Assembly: GCA_028279805.1 (NCBI GenBank)
Contig: JANQMZ010000007.1
Coordinates: 60,001 to 92,000 of the forward strand
From: an archaeon
GTDB taxonomy: Archaea > Iainarchaeota > Iainarchaeia > Iainarchaeales > JANQMZ01
Reading direction: 5' to 3'
DNA length: 32,000 nt
Below the pieces are notes generated by a model. That model saw nothing but the letters and a program-made list of their open reading frames with translations, had not been told where the DNA came from and did no database searches. Of this stretch, positions 25,478-32,000 are shown piece after piece (position 1 is the first letter of the stretch; every line of letters begins with the position of its first letter). Both the position numbers and the translations under genes were made by a program.

Positions 25478-27138
25478 TTGGACATTTTGTAAACTTTTAT
25501 TCCGTTTTCTTGAAACAAAATCTGTTCATTTAACTCAGAACAATTTGTTAGAAAATAGTCAGCATCTTTTTGTGAATATTTTAACACTTCTTTGCCTTTA
25601 TTGTCAAATATTTTTCTCTGCCCGTTTTCATATTTGAAATTAGCAGCCCATGAGAACTGAAAAATTTTTGGAAACTGTATTAATCTGCTCCTGTTTTCTC
25701 CAGAATCAGGTACGTCAAAAAAAGAATTGTATGGAAAGGGTTGATAGTCATATTTTGGAAGTTTTGTAAAGCATTCATCTATTCCTAAAACAAATTCTCC
25801 CGGTAATGAATTTATTTTTTCGCCAATTGAATAAAAGCCAACCGGAAAAGTTGGCTGATTTTTTATTACAGGCGTATAACCTGTAAAGTAAATAAAATGC
25901 CAGAATAACAATCCGAAAACAAGCAATGTTGCAATTGTTTTAACCGGTTTTTTCATTGTGTTTATTTTTTCAGAAATTTGTGTAAAACCAATTGCAGCGA
26001 TTATTGAAAGGGGAACAATTGCGAGGTAAAAATATTTTACGGACATGTAAAGCTGATGAATCTGAACTGGAAAATTGTTTGTAAACATGTTTAAAAAGAA
26101 TCGTGCGAACACTGAGAAAATCATCAAGGCAAATGCTCCGAAAAATAATAATAATTTTGAATTGTTTTCCTGTTTTTTGTTTTTAAAAATGTAAATTATT
26201 CCGGGGATTGCAAGAAGAAAAACGGCAAGTGAAAAAGGGTTTGGCGTAAAAATGCCTCCTCTTATTAATCCTCCTTCCGCTATATAAGTTGCATAATGAA
26301 TTGCTAATCCGAAAACCTGCGGAATAACGCTTAAAAGAGCTAAAAATGGCAGTATAAAAATTTTGAAATTTTTTTGTTTTAAAAAATTGAATGCTAAAAA
26401 AATTGTGAAAATCAGAAAAGCGTGAGGGTAAGCTGTTAATCCTATTAGTGATAAAAAGTATGGTTTTTTTTCTTTTGTTGAATAAAAATAAAAACCGCTT
26501 ATTAAAAAAAGCATTGTGAAAACCTGTGGTAAATGCCCTGCAAGTAAAACCCATAGGCTTGTAATTGTAAACGCAAAAATGAATGAACTGATTATTGCTG
26601 TTTTTTCATTGTAAAATTTTTTTGCAAACAAAAAAACTCCTATTGTTGTAAAAATGAGCAAAAGAATTGGCAAAATAGTATTAATCATGTAAGCGTTTCC
26701 GATTATTGAATGAATTGAGGATGTTGTTGCATAATAATTCTGAGGATAACTGTGATCCAGATTAAAAGGAAAACTTTCTTCTGCTGATAAAAAACCATTT
26801 TCTTCTGTTACAATATTGTGATTTGCAGATGTTAATCTTGTGTGTTTAGAATGGTTCATTAAATCTGAAGCGGTTACCGGAAAAATAAAATTTGGAAAAA
26901 TAACATACAAAAAAAGCAGAACAAATACTCCTATTATTAATGCAAAAATTGTTTGTGTTTTTGGTGTAATTGTTTCTTTTTTTGTTTTTTTTAATATAAA
27001 TCCTGTGATTATTCCTGAAATCAAAATATTTGCAACAGTAGTATAAGAATAAATCATTCCCAGATATCCCAGCCATAATGCTATCAGTGAAAATATTGCC
27101 AGAAATGACACAAATCCTGTGAACACTTTTTTTATCAT
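25474..27138 (-). CDS. Large multi-TM protein, possibly GT-C-type glycosyltransferase
   Basis: About 12 hydrophobic segments; first large loop after TM rich in D/H/N (ASDLMNHSKHTRLTSANHNI); co-located with flippase. Confidence 0.45.
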   Translation of the reverse strand: MIKKVFTGFVSFLAIFSLIALWLGYLGMIYSYTTVANILISGIITGFILKKTKKETITPKTQTIFALIIGVFVLLFLYVIFPNFIFPVTASDLMNHSKHTRLTSANHNIVTEENGFLSAEESFPFNLDHSYPQNYYATTSSIHSIIGNAYMINTILPILLLIFTTIGVFLFAKKFYNEKTAIISSFIFAFTITSLWVLLAGHLPQVFTMLFLISGFYFYSTKEKKPYFLSLIGLTAYPHAFLIFTIFLAFNFLKQKNFKIFILPFLALLSVIPQVFGLAIHYATYIAEGGLIRGGIFTPNPFSLAVFLLAIPGIIYIFKNKKQENNSKLLLFFGAFALMIFSVFARFFLNMFTNNFPVQIHQLYMSVKYFYLAIVPLSIIAAIGFTQISEKINTMKKPVKTIATLLVFGLLFWHFIYFTGYTPVIKNQPTFPVGFYSIGEKINSLPGEFVLGIDECFTKLPKYDYQPFPYNSFFDVPDSGENRSRLIQFPKIFQFSWAANFKYENGQRKIFDNKGKEVLKYSQKDADYFLTNCSELNEQILFQENGIKVYKMSN

Positions 27139-28436
27139 TTTATCTTCCTAATAACAAGTTTTTTTGCATTGTCATAAAAAAATATTATGTCTTTTAATCT
27201 TGGAATTATTTGGACCGGCGCATCTATTTTATTTGCTTTATGCAGGAAAAATGCAAATCTTGCTGAAGCTGCGAGTGTTTGTGTTATAATGTAACCGTTT
27301 AACCCGAGCATTGGCACTAAAATTATTCCTGTAAAAGCTGTTGTTCCAAGCGTTATTCCGAATCCTTTTGAAATCACATCAGTCATTTTAAAAGATTTAA
27401 ACATGGTTGTCATAAACGTGTCAAGTTTTGACAAATGAAACAATATGAATAAGGGAAAAATGCTTGCAGCATCAGTAAACTGCGGAAACAAAACTGTAAG
27501 AAGAGTGTGTCCTATTATAACCAGAAAAATTCCTACTCCTATTGTATAAATTGTTGAAAATTTTATGCTTAGGGAAACAAAGTTTGCCATTGATTGTTTT
27601 TCAGTGTCTCTTTCAGAAATATATGGAATTAAAACATTTGAAAGAGATTCTCTTGTTCCGCCGATTGCATGTGTGAAAAGCTTTTCTGTTAAATAATAAA
27701 GCCCTATTGCAAAATTTCCTACAAACATTCCCAAATAAACAAGCCTTAACTGCCTGTTTAATGCTTTAAATAAATTTGTTGGTATCAGCCATGAACCGAA
27801 TTTTTTAACCTGCTCCATTGAAATTTTTTGCCCTTTTTGTTTTTCTTTAGAGTAAAAAAATGTTAGCAGAATAAATCCTGTTATTGAAAAAATATTTGCA
27901 TATATTACTCCGGCCATTCCCACCTGAAACTGGATAACAAGAAGGTATGCTATTCCAAGATTTAAAATATTTTCAAATGACAACGCTTTCAGTATTTTTC
28001 CGAATTTTTTTAAACCGCTTAAAAAAGCACGATAACTCTGGTAAAGCGGGGTTAATATAACCAAAACTGCCGCAGTTCTGAACAAATCCAGTCCTTCTTT
28101 TCCTATAAAAGTTAAAATGTTTTCAGCAAAAACAAATAATACAACAAAAAGAAGAATTGCCAGAATCATTTCATATTTTAATATTTGGTTTAAAAATTTT
28201 TTCGATTTTGCTTTTGGTGTGTAAAATTCTATTATGTCAAAAAAAACAGGCAACCCAATTAATGGCAATAATCCTGTAACAAATGCAATAAAATATAAAA
28301 CTAATCCGTAATCGCTTGGCCCTAAAGCGTTTGCTATCAGGTAAACAAAAACAATTCCGGATAATGTTAAAACTATTTTTGAACCGTATAAATAAAAAAA
28401 GTTTTTTATAAATTCCCCGATTGTTTTTCCGCTCAT
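27135..28436 (-). CDS. Polysaccharide/oligosaccharide flippase (Wzx/MATE-like)
   Basis: FIKNFFYLYGSKIVLTLSGIVFVYLIANALGPSDYGLVLYF; LSALKKFGKILK-like segment and many TM helices. Confidence 0.85.
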   Translation of the reverse strand: MSGKTIGEFIKNFFYLYGSKIVLTLSGIVFVYLIANALGPSDYGLVLYFIAFVTGLLPLIGLPVFFDIIEFYTPKAKSKKFLNQILKYEMILAILLFVVLFVFAENILTFIGKEGLDLFRTAAVLVILTPLYQSYRAFLSGLKKFGKILKALSFENILNLGIAYLLVIQFQVGMAGVIYANIFSITGFILLTFFYSKEKQKGQKISMEQVKKFGSWLIPTNLFKALNRQLRLVYLGMFVGNFAIGLYYLTEKLFTHAIGGTRESLSNVLIPYISERDTEKQSMANFVSLSIKFSTIYTIGVGIFLVIIGHTLLTVLFPQFTDAASIFPLFILFHLSKLDTFMTTMFKSFKMTDVISKGFGITLGTTAFTGIILVPMLGLNGYIITQTLAASARFAFFLHKANKIDAPVQIIPRLKDIIFFYDNAKKLVIRKIK

Positions 28437-28440
28437 TTTT

Positions 28441-30042
28441 TTACCCCAGATAACCCAAGCCTTTTAACCTGTTCTGAAGAGCTTCCTGTTGTTTTTGTGA
28501 TAAATCAATTTCTTTTTTTTCTTTTAATTTGTAGTCTTTTGTTTCAATTTTTTGTTTTTTAAACTCATCTTCAAATGCTTCTGAAATAATCTGTCCGTCC
28601 ATGTTTTTTTCAATTTTTAAATTCATTAAAAACAAAATTGTGGGAGCGATGTCCACAAGTTTTTTTCTTTCAAGTTCAATTTCTTTTTTTATTTTTGGTC
28701 CGTGCATTGTAAAAATTCCGACCTGCCTATGATCTCCTGAAGTTGTAACGGATTCTGTTACAATTTTGTTTGTTGTTTCAAAAGCGGATGAAATCATGTC
28801 ACTTTCGTTTGCTGGAACCACATACAAATCGGGAGCATCTTCAAGGCTTTTTCCGGAATAAACTTGTTCTTTTTCAAAAACCGTTTTAATCAGCTTTTCA
28901 CCGGTTTTGGGGTCTTTTAAGCTTAAAAGCTCTTTTTTTAATTTTTTTCTTATCTCGCTGTAATTGTTTTCATTTACCGGCCCTTCTTTGTTTAAAAAAA
29001 GTTGTCCCATGTGCCTCATAAAATATGCCTGTGTGTTTTTCCAGTCAACATTTTCAAATGACAAAAAACTTTGCTGTTTTATTTTTTCTCTTGCCTGTGC
29101 CGGAACTTTTTTTATTAAAAAATCAATTTTGAAAAATTTTAAAATTTTTATAACATTTTCAATTGTAAATCCTTTTTTTCTCATTGCAAGTTTTGCCTGG
29201 TTTTTCATTTTTAAATATCCTTTTTCTATTAACCAGTTGTTTAAATACATTAACCTGTAATTTGCTCCGAAACCATGGTCTGATAAAATAATAACATGGT
29301 CAAATTCGTTTTCATGTTTTTTTATAAAATTTCCCATAAGTTCATCTATTTTTGAATAAAAATTTGGTATAAAATTTTTAAATTCATCATCCTCTTTTGT
29401 ATGATTTGGATGTTTTTCATCATAATGTTTCCAGAAATTATGCTGAAAAGGATCTGTTGAGTGAACCATTACAAAAAAGAAATCCGGTTTGTGTTTTTCA
29501 ATTAATTTTGTTGCATAATCCAAACGTGTTTTTTCAACATTAACCGCTTCTTTAAAAAATTCTTCTTCTTTTCCTTTTTTAAACTGGGAACATTTGATTT
29601 TATATTCTCCCAATTCTTTTTCAAAATCCTGAATTAAATTTTTGGGATAAAATTCTGCTTTTTTGCTGGGAGTCAAAAGGCCTGTTACAACAAAACCGTT
29701 AACCTTTGCAGGCGGGTATGTCAGGGGAACATTCATTATTCCCACTTTTTTTTCTTCCTGACTCAATATTTCCTGTAATGTGATTGACTTTATGTAAGTT
29801 GAGTTTACTTTTTTTTCACCGTCTTTTCTTGAAAAATCAAAAATTCCGTGTTTTCCCGGATTGCATCCTGTTTGAAAAGTTGTCCAAGCAGCACTTGTTA
29901 TTGGCGGAATGCATGATTCCAGTTCACATTTTACCCCTTTTTTGAAAAATTTTTCCATATTTGGCAACAAGCCTTTTTTTATTGCAGGTTTTACAACATC
30001 AAAAGTCCAGGCATCCAGCCCGATAACCATTACTTTTCCCAT
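28441..30042 (-). CDS. Alkaline-phosphatase-superfamily phosphodiesterase/phosphotransferase
   Basis: VMVIGLDAWTFDVVKPAI, PPITSAAWTTFQTGCNPGKHGIFDF, STDPFQHNFWKHY, IILSDHGFG, TTSGDHRQVGIFTMHGP; ends RLKGLGYLG. Confidence 0.9.
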   Translation of the reverse strand: MGKVMVIGLDAWTFDVVKPAIKKGLLPNMEKFFKKGVKCELESCIPPITSAAWTTFQTGCNPGKHGIFDFSRKDGEKKVNSTYIKSITLQEILSQEEKKVGIMNVPLTYPPAKVNGFVVTGLLTPSKKAEFYPKNLIQDFEKELGEYKIKCSQFKKGKEEEFFKEAVNVEKTRLDYATKLIEKHKPDFFFVMVHSTDPFQHNFWKHYDEKHPNHTKEDDEFKNFIPNFYSKIDELMGNFIKKHENEFDHVIILSDHGFGANYRLMYLNNWLIEKGYLKMKNQAKLAMRKKGFTIENVIKILKFFKIDFLIKKVPAQAREKIKQQSFLSFENVDWKNTQAYFMRHMGQLFLNKEGPVNENNYSEIRKKLKKELLSLKDPKTGEKLIKTVFEKEQVYSGKSLEDAPDLYVVPANESDMISSAFETTNKIVTESVTTSGDHRQVGIFTMHGPKIKKEIELERKKLVDIAPTILFLMNLKIEKNMDGQIISEAFEDEFKKQKIETKDYKLKEKKEIDLSQKQQEALQNRLKGLGYLG

Positions 30043-30128
30043 TTTAACGCCTTTTTTTTATGTTTTTGTATAAATTCTTTGTTTTTTGGTTTAACAATTT
30101 TTGGGTACAACTTTAAACAGGCTTTTTC

Positions 30129-31496
30129 TTAAAGATAACCCATTCCTTTCATCTGTTCTTTTGTTTTATCAGTAATTTCAACTTGTATTTCTTTATCAGG
30201 CAGCTTGTTATTTTTAATCAAATCATTAATCATTTTTTCAAATTCTGCAACTTTTTCAGGTTTTTCAGCTGCAAGATTTTTTAATTCACCCGGATCTTGT
30301 TTTAAATTAAAAAGTTTTACATCTTGTGTTACAGTTTTTGTTAATTTTTTTTCCTTTGACAAATTAAAAAACTGTTTAACATACCCAAAAATGTTTTTTA
30401 TAAACTTTAACGAAAAAACTTTTTTTGCTTCAAAATATTTTTTAATATACTTCCATTCATTTGTTCTCACAGAACGCATTAACTTAAAATGCTGCTGAAA
30501 TTCTGTTATGCCAACCAAGTCAAATTCTTTTTCTCCTCGAATCATCGGCATTAAATTTTTTCCGTGAAATTTTGTTTTTTCTTTTATTTCTGTTAAACTT
30601 AAAACAGTGGGCAGCAAATCAATATGCCTCACCAACGGCTTTATTTTTTTCCCGGCCGGAATCAAACCAGGGCATCTTATTATTATAGGAACTTTTACAA
30701 CCTCATCAAACATATACCATAACCCGTGTCCCAACTGCTTGCTTTCTTCTTTCCTGTCAAATAATATTTCACCATTATCTGATGTGATTATGACAATTGT
30801 GTTGTCAAGCAGATTCATTTTTTTTAATTCTTCAAATAAAATTTTTAATTTTTCATCAGCATCTTTTATTCCCGCATCATATAAATCTTTTAATGCTTCA
30901 ATATCCTCCTTTGAAAACATTCCCTTGCTTGCAAATTCCTTTAATTTCGGAATGTCCGTTGCAGCTGTTTTTCTGTACCTGTTTTTTAAAGTTTTTTTTG
31001 ACAAATATTTTTCAGGCGGATCAAAAGGATAATGAATATCAAAACAGTGAACAAAAGCAAACCATTTTTCATTTTTATGCTGTTTAACCCATTCCAAAAA
31101 CTGTTCTGTTTTAATGTCAAGATTTCTTCCCTCATCATTGTAAACATCAAATCCTCGCTCCCATCCGAAATCTTTAGCCATTATTACTCCGCCAGTAAAA
31201 GCACCTGTTTTGTATCCTGCGTTTTTCATCATTTCAGCCCAGGTTTTATATTTTGGTAAAAGATAAAAATTTTTTTTATCCGCAGTATGCATAAAAGCGT
31301 TTAAACCGGTAAACAAAGCCATATGTGCCGGAGCAGTCCAGTTTCCCTGTGTTATCGCTGTTTCAAACAATGTTCCCTGTGAGGCAATTTTATCAATAAA
31401 AGGAGTTGTTTTTTTATGGTAACCATAACAACCCATATGATTCTGCCTTAAAGAATCAAGCAAAATTACTAACACATTTTTAGCCATTTTTTTCAC
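30129..31496 (-). CDS. Sulfatase-fold (alkaline phosphatase superfamily) enzyme with Thr at the nucleophile position
   Basis: NVLVILLDSLRQNHMGCYGY, NWTAPAHMALFTG, FDIHYPFDPP, IITSDNGEIL, LGHGLWYMFDEVVKVPIIIRCPG; ends KEQMKGMGYL. Confidence 0.85.
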   Translation of the reverse strand: MKKMAKNVLVILLDSLRQNHMGCYGYHKKTTPFIDKIASQGTLFETAITQGNWTAPAHMALFTGLNAFMHTADKKNFYLLPKYKTWAEMMKNAGYKTGAFTGGVIMAKDFGWERGFDVYNDEGRNLDIKTEQFLEWVKQHKNEKWFAFVHCFDIHYPFDPPEKYLSKKTLKNRYRKTAATDIPKLKEFASKGMFSKEDIEALKDLYDAGIKDADEKLKILFEELKKMNLLDNTIVIITSDNGEILFDRKEESKQLGHGLWYMFDEVVKVPIIIRCPGLIPAGKKIKPLVRHIDLLPTVLSLTEIKEKTKFHGKNLMPMIRGEKEFDLVGITEFQQHFKLMRSVRTNEWKYIKKYFEAKKVFSLKFIKNIFGYVKQFFNLSKEKKLTKTVTQDVKLFNLKQDPGELKNLAAEKPEKVAEFEKMINDLIKNNKLPDKEIQVEITDKTKEQMKGMGYL

Positions 31497-31553
31497 AATA
31501 CACTATTTTTCAAAGACACCTTTTTTAAGTGTTCTTTTAGCGTTTTTTTGTTA

Positions 31554-31577
31554 TTGCACCAAAAAGCTATTTATATT
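31554..31577 (-). promoter_or_regulatory. Promoter-like GAATATAAATAGCTTTTTGGTGCAA upstream of sulfatase-fold gene
   Basis: Strong TATA box followed 15 nt (first T to first G) later by GGTGC on the minus strand. Confidence 0.5.
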
Positions 31578-31624
31578 CAAAAAAGCATTTATTTGAGTTT
31601 TAAACTGTTTTAAGGTGTTTTTTT

Positions 31625-32000
31625 ATAAAAGTTCAGATTATTTTTAACGCATTTCCACCTCAAATTGTGGGAGGCTCAATCCGCGCCTATTCTTTCTGCA
31701 AATATTTAACAAAACTGGGACATGAAGTTTTTCTTGTTACAAAAAAACAATCCGAAAAAGATTTGAAAGATTTTCCAATTCCAAAAAACTGTCACATTAC
31801 CAGAACAACAGGCAAAATGCTTTCATTCATTTTTCCGGGAGCAGGCTATGTTCCTTTTTTTTTGTTTAACTCGCCTGTGCTGAACAAAAAAAACAAAATT
31901 GATTTAATTCACGGTTCCTCACCAACAATCGGTTCTGCTTTAACAGCTTTTTTGCTTAAAAAAATAACAAAAAAACCTTTTGTTATGGGAATTCGTGACC
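31625..32000 (+). CDS. Glycosyltransferase family 4, N-terminal part, truncated by window end, apparent ATA start codon
   Basis: Hand translation IKVQIIFNAFPPQIVGGSIRAYSFCKYLTKLGHEVFLVTKK...IDLIHGSSPTIGSALTAFLLKK. RBS-like TAAGGTG 7 nt upstream. No in-frame ATG/GTG/TTG between the upstream stop (31601) and 31625. Confidence 0.75.
   Translation, partial: MKVQIIFNAFPPQIVGGSIRAYSFCKYLTKLGHEVFLVTKKQSEKDLKDFPIPKNCHITRTTGKMLSFIFPGAGYVPFFLFNSPVLNKKNKIDLIHGSSPTIGSALTAFLLKKITKKPFVMGIRD

Noticed and set aside
30129-31496. Annotation as a formylglycine-dependent sulfatase
   Set aside because: Fold motifs fit, but the nucleophile region reads WTAPAHMALFTG rather than C/S-x-P-x-R, so classic sulfatase chemistry is not supported.
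1-32000. CRISPR arrays, tRNA/rRNA genes, transposases, restriction-modification or toxin-antitoxin modules
   Set aside because: I scanned for regularly spaced repeats, T-arm-like GGTTCRANNCC sequences and recognisable transposase, nuclease or toxin motifs and found none convincing; the RHH gene has no adjacent toxin-like ORF.

Overview
AT-rich 32 kb window that looks archaeal: archaeal/eukaryotic-type prolyl-tRNA synthetase, TATA-box-like promoters, frequent GGTG-type ribosome-binding sites. It is dominated by a surface-polysaccharide / glycoconjugate locus of about 27 genes. Supported content: five glycosyltransferases (GT4 and GT2), one of them cut by the window end; two SAM methyltransferases; two SDR epimerase/dehydratases; a non-hydrolysing UDP-GlcNAc 2-epimerase; a WbpB/WbpE/WbpD-like trio for UDP-2,3-diamino-uronate synthesis; two divergent polysaccharide-deacetylase-like proteins; an LPG-synthase/AglD-like membrane protein; a FemAB/GNAT-like protein; an extra DegT-like enzyme; a hexapeptide acyltransferase; a flippase; a large multi-TM protein; a pol-beta-type nucleotidyltransferase; ProRS; and four alkaline-phosphatase-superfamily enzymes. 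Points most worth follow-up: (1) a ~137 bp, ~50% GC island at 19262-19398 with a 14-bp closing stem and an internal 7-bp hairpin, sitting directly downstream of a reverse-strand TATA/GGTGC element, which is a candidate novel structured ncRNA; (2) a recurring TATA-spaced 'TTTTGGTGC(AA)' element in front of several genes; (3) an unannotated 39-aa Lys-rich microprotein (21474-21593) carrying the 'RLKxxGYx' tail found at the C-terminus of AP-superfamily paralogs but missing from the upstream enzyme; (4) a GT4 gene at the right edge whose only sensible start codon is ATA; (5) a perfect palindrome in the leader of an orphan ribbon-helix-helix gene. No CRISPR array, rRNA, tRNA or transposase was recognised. 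All calls come from reading the sequence; no database search was run.
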